A program made the translations under genes and the position numbers. The notes beneath the pieces were generated by a model. That model ran no database searches. It saw only the letters and a list, made by a program, of their open reading frames with translations, and had not been told where the DNA came from. From Mobula hypostoma (taxonomy: Eukaryota), in assembly GCF_963921235.1 (NCBI RefSeq), contig NC_086108.1:81222001-81286000 (forward strand): a stretch of 64,000 nucleotides of DNA, given 5' to 3'. Shown here piece after piece: positions 26,840 to 38,986 of this stretch. The stretch's first letter is position 1, and each line of letters opens with the position of its first letter.

Positions 26840-27475
26840 AGCGGAAAGGATGAGCAGTTTCAAGTTCCTAGGTGTCAACATCTCTGACCATCTATCCTGG
26901 GCCAACATATTGATGCAATTACATTGAAGGCATACCAGTGGTTATATTTCATTTGGAGTTTGAGGAGAGTTAGTATGTCACCAAAGACTCCAGCAAATTT
27001 CTACAGAGGCACAGTGAAGATCATTCTAACTAGGTGTATCATCATCTGGTATGGAGGGACCACAGCACAGGATCAGAACAAGATGTAGAAGGTTACAAAC
27101 TCAGCCAGCTCAACTATGGACACTAGCCTCCCAGCATCAAGAGCATCTTCAAAGGATGGCATCCATCACTAAGGACTCCCACCACCCAGGATATGCTCTG
27201 TTATTTTCACTAACATCAGACGGAAGGTACAGAAGCCTGAAGACACACACTCAACATCTTAGGAACAGCTTCTTTCCCTCCACCATCAGATATCTGAACG
27301 GGCAATGAACCAGCCCATGAACATTACTACCTCATTATTTTTGCTCTCTTTTTGGACTAATTAGGTAATTTTTAGCATACATTTCTTATTTATCTTTTTT
27401 TGTATTGCATTGTACAAACGTACTTCTGCTGCAAAACAACAAATTTTATGACATATTAAATCTGATTCTGATTCA
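26840..27475 (+). mobile_element. Rex1/Babar LINE 3' fragment
   Basis: Translations SSFKFLGVNISDHLSW and GRYRSLKTHTQHLRNSFFPSTIRYLNG, and an attaaatctgattctgattc tail. Confidence 0.88.
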
Positions 27476-27819
27476 GAGATGCTGAAACAGATGATATCTA
27501 ATTTCAAGGCAATCCTAACATTATCCCATTCAGAACGTCAACTGTCTGTTCTAGATGTCTCGGGAGAACTTCTTCTCCATACTACACAAAATAATGATAC
27601 GATCCCTGTAATGTCATGATAACAGATGCTGCCTGTAATTCAATCAAGTCCGTCTCTTCCTATGATGACAAGGAGGAGATCATAAAGGTCTAATTTTAGC
27701 AGGAAGTAAATTAAAAGGTAGCTGATCAAATAATGGTCAATTTCTTCCTGGAAGCATTCTGGAAATTAGTCGCGAAATATCTGCTTTAACGCAGTAAAGA
27801 GCAACATTTGAATATTGAT

Positions 27820-28260
27820 CAATCTAGAAAGAGTGCAGATGAGTTTTACTAGGATTAGAGGGCCTGAGTTATAGGAAGAGGCCTGTCTTTATTCCTTAGA
27901 AAGTAGGAGAATGAAGGATGACCTTATAGAAAAGTTTAAAATTTTGAGAGGCATGGATCTGATGGATGGTAACGACTTCTTCTCCAAGGTTGGGAGTCCA
28001 GATCTAGGGGCCTTTGATTTAAGGTGAGATAGGAAAGGTTTAAAAGGGAGCTGAGAGGCAGAGTGTGGTGAGTATATGTAATGAAACACCAGAGGAGGTG
28101 GTTGAGACAGGTAGAAAAGTATCATTGAAGTTGCACATAAATAGGTACATGGCAGGGTGTGGAGGACTTAGGGGGATGTGGGCTGAATGCAGAAAAGTGG
28201 GACTAGCTGGCTGGTCAGCACGGATTGATTGGGCTGAAGGGCCTGATTCTGTACTGTATT
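27820..28260 (+). mobile_element. CR1 LINE 3' fragment
   Basis: agaaagagtgcagatgagttttactagg (ERVQ..FTR), tattccttagaaagtaggagaatgaagg, and a gggctgaagggcctgattctgtactgta end. Confidence 0.8.
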
Positions 28261-28299
28261 TCCCTAATATTTTGCAAGGATCTGTCTTTGCATCGTAAA

Positions 28300-28900
28300 T
28301 GAACTGTAATCTAAAAAACAATGTCTGTAGCAGCAATTCATAAATTTTTGATCGTTGTGTTAATTTCCCTGTTGCTAATCCTTCGCCATTTTTATTGTGT
28401 CTCACAAGCAAAAAAATCAGATACTTCCCATCCTCTTCCTTCCAACCTCATTATCATTGTCACCACTCTTTAATTTATAACTGTCCGCATTGAGATCTAT
28501 ATTCATGGGTGAGCCAATGTTCTGCCCTCAAGCTGTTTATTTGTCACCCCTTAGAACTTTAAGCATTTGTCATTATGAGTGGAAAAAGGGAAGGGTGCAT
28601 AAAAGGGATAGATTGTAGCAAGGCTGCTGTTAAAGTGAAGGTTTGCTTGTCTGTCATTCCGCTGATCTCCCTTAGTGTGAATTTGCTCTTTGGTGTACAA
28701 AGGAGGATGTGGCGGGTGGGGAGTTGCTTTAAATCAATCGTGTTGACAGCAGAATAATTAATACTGAAATTTCATGCAATGAATCTGCCAGACATATGTT
28801 TCTTAAATTATTGATGCGGTGTAATCCTGTGCTTCTACCACCTTTGAAAAGAATATACATCTGTAATTTGAACAAATTTCAGCTACGAAGATGTATTTCA
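28300..28900. promoter_or_regulatory. Candidate conserved non-coding element / enhancer
   Basis: No recognisable repeat. Retains CpGs and clusters TGACAG/CTGTCA (MEIS), TAAATCA (PBX-HOX-like), TAATCC and CCTTTGAA (TCF/LEF). Conservation was not tested. Confidence 0.3.
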
Positions 28901-30439
28901 TTAAACTTTATTTAAGAGTGAAAAATAGATAGGAACAGGGAGATTATCTGAGAGCAGGGTTTCAGCAGTCTGCCCCTGGAAGGCCTCACTGTATTTATTA
29001 TATTCATAGGCCTTTCCAAATCATTACAGTGCTTCAAAGAAACAAAACAGAGTAGTTTGCCGTCAACTACAGAGGACAGATTATGATCTCCTTTAAACTG
29101 TGTTTCAAGTTTTACGAAGAAAAGCACTAATAGACATAGACTTAGACATCTTTCATCCTCCCCCCCCCATCGCACCTCAGTACCTATGATCTTGTGATAT
29201 TCATCTGTAAGCAGTTTAAGAAGAAATAGTATTCTCAGATGTCATGCAGACACATCAGGTAACATGGAAACCAACTGGTAAATGCCTTCAGTAATCTGTC
29301 TTTGACAAACTTTCCACAGAGTGTCTGGATTAGGTTTTCTGGCTCAGGTTTTCTTTTCTGCCTTTAAACTTATGAAGGTGATTGACAGATACCAGAAAAA
29401 CAGTGACCGTGTCATTGGCTGGGAAAGTGAGAGAAAAAGATTGCCTGATAATTCATCAAGACAGATACTTACAATATTATGTGTTGGAAATGACAATTTA
29501 CATCTTGGCTGCTGAAGTCTGCCAGAAGTCTTGACTTCTGAATTGTCTTTTTCTCAATTAACCAGAGGCTGTGTTGGCAGTGAAGGCAGTGGTAAATTTT
29601 ATCATCGGCATCTGCCTTTTGCGAAGAGGTGGCTGTAGAGTTATGGGAAGTGAGCACATTTTCCAGGATCTCACCAGGAGTCTTTATTGTTGGGAGGTGG
29701 TGAGGTGCTTTGTGGGCAGGTTGGTAGTGGATTCTTTCCTTGGTTAGGACATCCCTGGACATCTCACTTCAGGTGGAATATACAGGTTGCAATGCACCAC
29801 ATCTTTTTTTTAATGAAACCTTGTGAGAACTATGAGCTTTGTTCACAGTATGGCTCATTGGTTAATCAGAATTCTGGCACTTTCTGTGGCAGCATTGATT
29901 ACAGGGATGGTCTCTTTGATAAATTATACTCTTGCTCAGCAGGTTAAGGACCAGAAACACAAAGCCATAGGTTTTACCTCTTCAAGTCCCAAATTTGCTT
30001 TGGAATCTAATCTAGATGGATGGAGTGTAAAATTCTACCCCTGTAGTAAACTCTAGGGTGGAATGTGAAACAGGTTTGGCCTGTCTCCTTTCATTTAAGA
30101 ATAAGAAATAACCTGCTGCATTGTTTGATCAGTTCTTCAACTGTCATTGATCTGCAACGTACAGACAGGGTAAATTGTCCAGGAATAATTGTACACCAAG
30201 AGTAACATCAGAAGATTCCGAGGTAACAACAGGTGACTCAGTATTTCGATCACTAATGAAGCAAGCAAAACCACTTGAGGTTCAAATAAAAAACAGCACT
30301 GAGTCGAATTCTATACAATACTTGATAATATGGAGACAGCAGCAATGATTATCATCACAGAGCGTGAAATGGAGAGCAAAGATTTTTATTTCCCAACACA
30401 ACCAAAATTCCTCAAAGGGGGAAGAAGGGGCAATAAAAA

Positions 30440-30790
30440 TCCTTAAAAATACCTTATAACCAATGAAGTGCTTTGGGATATCTGGGAAAAGGCCAAATAA
30501 ATGCAACATTTCAGTACCAATGATAGCTATGAAGCATGGTCACTATAGGAATGTTGCACCCATTTATACATAGTAAGCTTCCACCTCCAGCTAAGGACAA
30601 GATAATCTTTTGTTTTGCCTTTGTCTGTTGAAGGATAAACTTTGCCTACAATGACTGCACTCTCTCCTGAACTACTGCGGTGGTATCCTTTGCATCCACT
30701 GAGCTGTATCTCAAGTTTAAAGCAGTGCCTGAGAGAGTGCTGTAGCCCCTGTACCTGGAGCACTTTGAGGCTGGGTATCAATAGTCATGG
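30440..30790 (-). mobile_element. Decayed Deu-domain SINE (SacSINE1-like)
   Basis: accaatgaagtgctttg, gttgaaggataaa and cctttgcatccactgag resemble the reverse complement of 53088-53480. Confidence 0.45.
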
Positions 30791-31749
30791 AACCCATACT
30801 CCAGGATAATAGACGATGCTTTACAATCAGGGATCGCTGTAAACAATAGAAATGGAGAATGGTGGAGACGGGAGGAAATAAAAAAAAGGTAAAGAGAGCA
30901 TCAAGGTTGAATAAGGGACAGAGTTTAAAAAAAAGACAGACAAATGGAGCAGGAGAGTTAGAAAAAACACAGACACAGGAGTGTCTGTGTTGCTAACTGG
31001 CAGAGGGCCAAGGCATGTCTCAATGATGTATAATGATTCAAAGTATGCTAGTGCTGTAAACTTACTTCCCCCAGTTATACACGCAATAAAACTCTGTAAC
31101 TGCTATCTTTACTGTTGCTGTCAACAGTGCGCTATTATTTACAAAATATGCTAGGATTGAGGTTAAAAGCAGAAAAATGATGAATGGCATCCCAGAGCCG
31201 ATATTTCAGCAGAACACAGCCTTTTATGAACATTGTGTCTCGCTGATGCATTAAGCTGAAGAAAGAAGCAATTGCACTACTGCTTAAGGTGGACAGGAAA
31301 AGCAATGACAGACATTATCGCCCATTTGAATCAGAGAGGAAATATGAGTCAATAAGCACAGAATCAGAACTTTTTAGTAATGGGTGGGTGATGAGGGCAA
31401 GTTTCCTGAAGCGGTAATGTCACCAGTTAAAAATAAAATGTCACAATATTATCAGACATGCAGTGCGCAGATTTGAAACGATCATAGAGAAACCGGCATG
31501 TAAGCTTTCGACTGTCGTCCACACAGCCAAAAATGGGCATTACTCATTGCACAACACTAAACAGGAATGCACTTCAGCCTTGCACAGAATTTCAAAAGTA
31601 GGGATATATTTAAGAGCTGTTATTTATTTTTAGAAGTGGCTTTCAATGCAATTAGTGTTCAACTTCTGTGTAGGTACTGCTTTCCAAACCTGTGGGTTTT
31701 CCCGGAAGAGAAATGCTCCTGATGTCCCTAATTTCTACAGATGCTTCAC

Positions 31750-32279
31750 AAATTTCTACAGATGTACTGTGGAGAGCTTCTACCATCTGGGATGGTGGGG
31801 GGGCGGGGGGAAGTGGGGGAGCTACTGCACAGGATTAAAAAAACAGTTTCAGAGAGATGTAAACTTAGTCAGCTCTATCATGGGCACTAGCTTATGTAGT
31901 ATCCGCAACATCTTCAAGGAGTGATGCCTCATTAATGACCCCCATTGCCCTGGATGTGCCCTCTTCTCATTGCTACCATCAGGAAGGAGTTACAGGAGCC
32001 TGAAGGCACACACCCAATGATTCAGGAACAGCCTCCTTGCCTCTGCCATCTGATTTCTAAATGGACATTGAACCCATGAACACTACCTCTCTACTTTGTT
32101 AAAACTTTTACTTTTTACACTACTTGTTTAATGTAGCTCTCTGATATCTATCTGATATATGTGTATACTTACAGTAATTCACAGTTTTTATTATTATGCA
32201 GTGTATTGTACTGCTGCCACAAAGTCAACAAATATAACGACATATGCCAGTGATATTAAACCTGATTTTATTTCTGATT
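31750..32279 (+). mobile_element. Rex1/Babar LINE 3' fragment
   Basis: TNFYRCTVES, ctaccatcaggaaggagttacaggagcctgaagg, and a gtgatattaaacctgatt tail. Confidence 0.88.
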
Positions 32280-32859
32280 AAGGGCCCTACCTTCCGTAGT
32301 TTGGTAACAGATACTTGTGATCTACAGTACCTAGGCCACCACATTTAACGTTACTTCTATCTTCTCCATGAAATTAGGGTCAGCTGTACAACAACATTCA
32401 GGAAGGAAAAAGACAATTCCCAGTATTTTAAGGCACAAAAGTATTTAACCTTGCATCATTAACATTAGTAGAATATTAACTAAGGTTAACCAAATGCTCT
32501 AGCTCTAATCAGGAATATCAGTGCCTGGTTCTGTAATTGCCCACTCAGAAAGGAGCTGTTTTCAATATTTTTATACGAAAATGATTGAGGTTGAGCAATT
32601 TAAAGGGGGAAGTGGTTTAACCCTTATCACTGAGCTATATAAATAAACCACATCAGTTCCATTGGTTTTCCCTGGAACTAAAGGTAATGAATTGGGCAGA
32701 TGACAAAAGATTTCCCTTGAATTTACTGGTCACAAAGTAGGTTACCGACTCTAAAGATTTTTGCTAGAAAAGGTAGTTTTCTGACACACATACTTACAGT
32801 GAGCAGCAGACAGTACAGATTTGTAAAAATGACATCATGTTCCAAATATTGATTCTGAT

Positions 32860-33425
32860 TACTTAGATTAGTTGACAACATTGTGGAAAAGGTTGCAGGC
32901 TGTCTGAAAAGTACAAAGATAGGAGTTGGGTAAAAGGTAACTATTTGAAGTGTCAGAACGAGGGAAGGCGTGTCCCACAAGGATCATTGGTATTCAAGAT
33001 TAAACATTTAGACTTTTGACACAGAAGGACATTTTCCATATTTGCGGACCATGAAGAATTGGGAAGAAGTAATCTCACTGAGGAAGACTGCAAGAAGTAA
33101 ATAAACCTGCAGAATATGCATATGACCAGCAAATAAATATCTGTGTTGTAAGTATGAAGGATTATATTTGAATTTTAAAAAAGGAAAGAGTGTATTATTC
33201 GGGAAGTAACTAAATATACATGGGATAGAAAACCAAATAGTTCTTTGATTTCACACCTACAAATCACTCAAACATTCTACAAAACTCAATAAGGATATAA
33301 TAAAGGGATTGAAAATTGAGAAGCAAAGAAGTTATGCCAAATTTGTATTGAACTTTGCTCTAACCATGAGTGAGGTATATTGTGCAGAAACATTGGAGAA
33401 GATGGAAAAGATAATTTATAAAGAA
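32860..33425 (+). mobile_element. Highly decayed CR1 RT fragment
   Basis: gtcccacaaggatca (VPQGS) and tccatatttgcggaccat (decayed SKFADD). Confidence 0.5.
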
Positions 33426-34334
33426 GATGTCAAAGCACAGTTATACACATCTTTTGATGAACTTTAACATGAAGCAAAGCTTTCCTGAGTAGACGTGGGG
33501 ACTAAACAAGCTCCCCAGTATAAACAGGTGCAGGGAGCAGGAGACAAACTTCATGCTGCTTTCTCATTTACATATTTACTGCCTGCAGCCAACTCTAATA
33601 ACACTATTCAATGACCATTTGCCTGGGTAATGTGCACAATTACTTTGAGTCATTGGGACCCATTAAAGCCAGCGAGAAGTACTGTAAGAGAACTTGCATC
33701 TCTTAAAGGCAAGGCATATTGTTGCTGCAACAGGTGCTGGTGTGCATTGTAAAATTCTATCTGGGAGGCAGTCATAAAACAGATCACATGGTTTTCTAAA
33801 TTCTGGAGAACCCTTTGGAGGAGGTGCAAAGCAGAGGTACACCCTGTTCCTGTAGGGAAGAGGGGACCCTCCAGACAAATCCATAAAGCATGGAAGGAAG
33901 GAAGAGAACTCCAGTGCTCATTGCTACTGTTCAGGTTATGAGGATTTAAAGCGGATCTATGAACAGTTTAATAACCTTGCATGCACGATCAAAGTCAATA
34001 AAAGCACCTTCAAAATCCGTAGCCTACCAATTGCATCTATCATGTAGATGCCACCTAAACACCACATTGCCATTGTTCATCCCTCCTGAGTCTTTATCAA
34101 TGAGGACTCCAACACACCCTCTCACATTTAATGCTGCCACAAGTCTCGCATACGTATTTGCATTCAGGGCTAACTGTAGAGGGACGACTCTCTCTGTGTC
34201 TCCTTGACGCACTGAAGAGAAGGGTTGTCAAACTTGCAGGACACATTACTGAATCTATTGCCTATAGTAAAACTGAAACCATAACAATGATGCCATTCTC
34301 AAACCACATTTTTTCACATTCCACTAAGATTACA

Positions 34335-35042
34335 CAGAGTGTAGAATATAAAGCAGTACACTCTAGGCAAGGGTTCTTCTGACCATGATGTTTGTGGCTT
34401 ATTAAACTAATGCCAAATTAAACTAAATCTCTTAAGTATGCATATGATCTATTTCCTTCCTTTCCCTTGTGTTGATGTCTGCCTAAGAGTCTCAAATATC
34501 ACTGTTGAACACATCTATGTCTAATGTGTTCCAGGAACTAACCACTTACTGCGTAAAAAAAAATTGCCTTGTAACTCTCTTTTAAACTTTCTTTCACCTA
34601 AAGCTATGCTCCCTAATATAACCAGGAAAAGATTCTGGTTATATACCCTGTCTTTGCATCTCTTTACTTTGTATACTGCTGTCAGGTCACTCCTCAGCAT
34701 CTGACTCAGTCCAAGTTTGTCTAACCTCTCCTTATAACTTATAACTAATATTCTCTAATCCAGGCAACAGGCTGGTGAACACTTCAGCCCCCTCTCCATA
34801 GCTTCCATACCCTTCCTGTAATATGGTGACCAGAAATGCACACAGTTCTCAAAATATGGCCCAACTAAAGTTTCATACAGCTGAGATATGAATTTCTGAC
34901 GTACTCAACACTCTGACAGATGAAGACAAGTCTTCCTTACCTCCCCATTGACTTGAGTTGCCATTTTCAGAGAGCTATGGACTTTCACCCGAAGATTCCT
35001 CTGCACGTGAATGCTCCTAAGGATCCTGCCATTTACTGTATA
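34335..35042 (-). mobile_element. CR1 LINE 3' fragment
   Basis: atacccttcctgtaatatggtgaccagaaatgcacacagttctcaaaatatggcc is the reverse complement of RPYFENCVHFWSPYYRKG. The 3' UTR lies toward 34335. Confidence 0.8.
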
Positions 35043-36329
35043 TGGTTCAGGTAGGAGAGCAGCTTCCTGAACTCTGTGCGTGGATATGTCTTTCTGCTGG
35101 GAACCCTCCTTTCCCTCTCTTCCTTACTTTTCAAGTTGTTTACCCTACTTCCTCTGATATCTGCTCATTCTCCTGATCAAGTAGTACTCAGGGAATGACC
35201 CCCCCCCAAGTTCAAAGGCACTAGGAGAGAAAGCTTGAAGTTATACAAAAAAGCCCCCAGCACTTAACACAGCACTCCTCATAATTTAGCTATTTAAATA
35301 AATACAGAAACCTTACACATCTATAGAATTGTTAGCAACAACCAATGTGAAAGATGTACCAGCAAATAACTTGTTAATAGTCGGGAATCTCTGTAAATAA
35401 AACTTATCAGGGAAAGGGGGTTCTAGCTGGGAAAAGTTCCTGCTGTTTTTCAAGGCTATAAAGGGGTCTTAGCTGAAGAGCTGACATCCTGTTTTACAGG
35501 AGAGTAACACTGCCTGCTGAGTGATATGATGTGCCTACTTGCCTGCTCTTGCAGCAGGTGTTCACTGTACACTAGACAGTTTAACAATAACCAGGAAAAC
35601 ATCACTCATGCTATAAACATATACTTCCATTGCATTAATTTTGTTCTCAAACAATTGGTGTGTTGAAGCTATATTCTGCAGCTAGAGAAAATCTGCTTCT
35701 GCACCTCCAATGATATTTGTGGGAACAAGCAAAACTAGGCACCATCAATGTGACACTAGAAAACTGAACAGAAAATTCAGAAGTTTTTTTTTGCCCAAAA
35801 TTCTGTAGAAGTGTAGGACCTCCAAACCACGAGGAATGCTGTGATGAGTAGTGAAAAATGATGGTGCTTTGTGTCCTAAGTGAGAACTCCTTATGATCTG
35901 ACTAACAAGAATGAAATAAGCTAATGTATAATGACATTTATCTTTGTAGGTTGGGCAATTTCGATAATTATATTAATGAAAGAGAAGAGCTAGGAAAGAA
36001 ACTTTTGCTCTTGAACTGCGGCATGAGGAAGAGATTATGGAAGGTCAGATTGTTCAGAAGAATATCAATTTTGCAAAAACCAGCATGCTTTGGAAGGATG
36101 ATAATTGGCATGTTCACGATGTTTCCAGACTTGAGCCTTTTCATTTCAATGTAATATCCAACAAAGAAATTGGAACCAGGAAAAGGTTGTTTTAAGAAAA
36201 AAGGAAACAAAACTTCATTTTAGGAAAGCAAGTAATTTGCAGAAGAAATTGGAATCAGTAATGAAGTCAGCTTCATTGGCAAACTCAGCTGCTGTATGGA
36301 AGGTGGTTTATGGAAATGACAAAAAAACT

Positions 36330-36616
36330 TGTCCCACACTCGCTTAAAATTTCTTTTCTCAACTTAAAGTGCATGTCTTCCAGTATTTGCCTGTGAAAAA
36401 GATTCGGACTGGCTACCCTAAACCTCTGCTATATCCTCTCCAAAGCTTCTACATCCTTCCTGTAATGGGGTGAGAAGAATTACAGACAATACTGCAAGTG
36501 TGGCCTAACCAAAACTTTATGCAGCTGCAACACAACTTCCTTACTTTCATACTCATTGCCCTGCCTGATAAAGGCAAGCATTCCATATGACTTTTTTGCC
36601 ACCCAATCTACTTGTG
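36330..36616 (-). mobile_element. CR1 LINE internal fragment
   Basis: ttctacatccttcctgtaatggggtgagaagaattacagacaatactgcaagtgtggcctaacc is the reverse complement of VRPHLQYCL.FFSPHYRKDVE. Confidence 0.75.
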
Positions 36617-37885
36617 TAAAGAAGAAGGCTGGAGAGAGTCAGACAAACTTCCTCTTTATCAATGCCATCTGGGTGTTATTCAGGGATTGGCCAGAAAAAT
36701 TTACACTGAAGTGTCATCTGGGAGTACAGACACAGCACACTTTTTTTTAACTTACCAAGATCCATCACTGTGCAATGTGTAGTTCCAAGTTTCTCGTCAG
36801 GCTGGAGATCTGTTTTCAGATTGTGTTGATATTGTGTGGCAGAATACTTCCTTGAAGTGTAAAGATTTCTGAAACAAAGAAAACTGAGTAAATCTATTTT
36901 CTTCCATAATATTGTGCTACCCTCCATGGCAATGCCAGATGAATGGACGTCAAAATGATGTACTCAAGAGTACCGGTGCTCAAGTCTTACTGGTATTTTA
37001 TGATGTCTGATAAATATGGTGAACAAGTAAATACACTGTCATGTACAAGGGTGTGAGATCCAGTGCATACTCAAGAGATGAAGTTTCTTTGCAGTCAGTA
37101 AGAGCTGAACGTGAAATGAATTTGGGCAGATTTCATCAAGTGTGAAACTGATAAGTACGTAGTACAGTTTGACATTGAACTGGCAATCTTTCCTTGTAAT
37201 TATCAGAATTGGAGATGGATGCAGGATTAGAACTATGGTCCCTTTGAAAATGGATAAAGCCATTCTGGAAATGTTTTGCAACCAGTTTCATTTTAGTAAT
37301 AGATCTATTTGTAATAAGGTATAAATAATATACAAACAAGGGCACAAAGTTCAACATTTCAGTGCCAGTTATACTTTCCAAGCACTGGTTGGCAAAACAG
37401 TAAGCTATGGAATGAAATGGTGGGGTAAAGAGAATGCTAATATAATTAAAGAAAAACACAAAATGGAGTACATTTGGATGATTATTTTACAGACTGGATA
37501 CAAGTTTACAAAAATGTAATCTGGGAAGTAATATTAAAATCACTTCTCCTTTGGACAGTCATCAATGATCTATAATTGGGGATACCATGCATGATTTCAA
37601 AGTACATAGAAGGAATGAAAGTCAGAAACATACTAAGTAATGAGGAGAACCGTAACTCAGTGATAAAAAAAAGGTCAATGAGAATTACTAAATGAGACTT
37701 TTGTAGAAAGATTAAAGAGATTGATTAATAACTAAAAGACATTATTTATAGATGGTGCAGAAAAAAAGAGTAATACGCTTCTGAAGGTATCACAAGCCGA
37801 GATGGTGGTTGAGTAAAAAGCTTTACTAAGCAAGGCATGGACCTTTGATGATATTTTACAGAATGTTAATAGGATGATTGTAAAC

Positions 37886-38015
37886 ATAAGAGATTCTGCA
37901 GATGCCAGAAATCTTGAGCAACTCACACAAAATGCTGGAGGAACTCAGCAAGTCAGGCAGCATCTATGCAAAGGCATAAACAGTCGATGTTTCTGGCTGC
38001 GACCTTTTATTAGGA
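37886..38015 (-). mobile_element. Penelope-like terminal repeat, apparently nested in an old decayed CR1 (~37400-38255)
   Basis: agattctgcagatgccagaaatcttgagcaactcacacaaaatgctggaggaactcagc..cagtcgatgtttc. Confidence 0.75.
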
Positions 38016-38479
38016 TTCATCCAGGAAATTGTATTTCTTAATGGGATTTGAAGTATTCTGTCTGATTGGGATGGTGGAAACAGATTCAATATTTAGATCA
38101 ATTTCTGGGATTGAAGCCAATAATATTAATAATAAATTGAAGGGCTAAACCAAAAAAGTAGGCACTGGAACTAGTTGGGAAAAAGTCAGCCTAAGAGTCC
38201 ATGCATAGCATATGAGTTGGCTAGTCTCATCCAATACCGTGTCCTGTCATGATTCAATGATATGAATACACCACAGATTAAGGATTTGTAACTCACCGGC
38301 TTAAGAACTCAATGATAGTAAAGTTACATTTCCCACTGTAGTATATCTCCCTGATACACTGCCATTCAGTCACATTGGAACCTCTGATCAGTTTGGATTC
38401 TGGATTACTAAAAGTGAAATGCATGGATTGTATCCTTAACCCATCCTGCATGCATGAGGGATGGGAACAAGTGCCTTGA

Positions 38480-38748
38480 CAAATGCACATGGAGATGTCT
38501 CCTTGTCCCAATACCTCCAACTGGGGATCACTGTTTAAAAGTAATGGAAGATAGAGGGAAGGCAATGTTTGTGAGTGTTCAAAACTCTGTTCCTCAGTAG
38601 GAACAGCAATCTCAATATTATTTAAGGCAGCATCAGATACACAAGCACTGAAAGATTACTGGGGTATGCAGGAGTTGCACTCAGATCAGCCATGATCTTA
38701 TTGTATAGTGGGGCATGATCAAGGAGCTGATTGCCCTATACCTGCTCA
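38480..38748 (+). mobile_element. Decayed CR1 3' fragment
   Basis: actggggatcactgtttaaaa ... agatcagccatgatcttattg ... cctatacctgctc. Confidence 0.6.
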
Positions 38749-38986
38749 TACAGGCATTTTTGTAAGATACAGGATAGTGAATATTGGTCTGTCTGAATGG
38801 CATTTGTGTAGAGGAGAGCTGAGGTGTCCTAGGAAATTTAGTCAAAAGCATTATGTACAAGTTATGTGTGGTTTGTAAAACATAGCAGGGAAATGAAGAT
38901 GCTGTCTCTCCATGTGGGTGCATCATCTCCATCTGAAAACATGGAGAAAGATTAGGTCCCTAAACAAATCCTCTCTGTACTTCTGG

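Noticed and set aside
34028..34211. Minus-strand 184-nt candidate exon (ttcag..gtaggc) reading RQGDTERVVPLQLALNANTYARL...
   Set aside because: Weak splice signals, no recognisable homology and no partner exons. Open frames of this length are expected by chance in 64 kb.
35950..36210. Overlapping open frames after a tttatctttgtag acceptor-like site
   Set aside because: No recognisable protein in any frame and only weak donors, so it cannot be supported without RNA or homology data.
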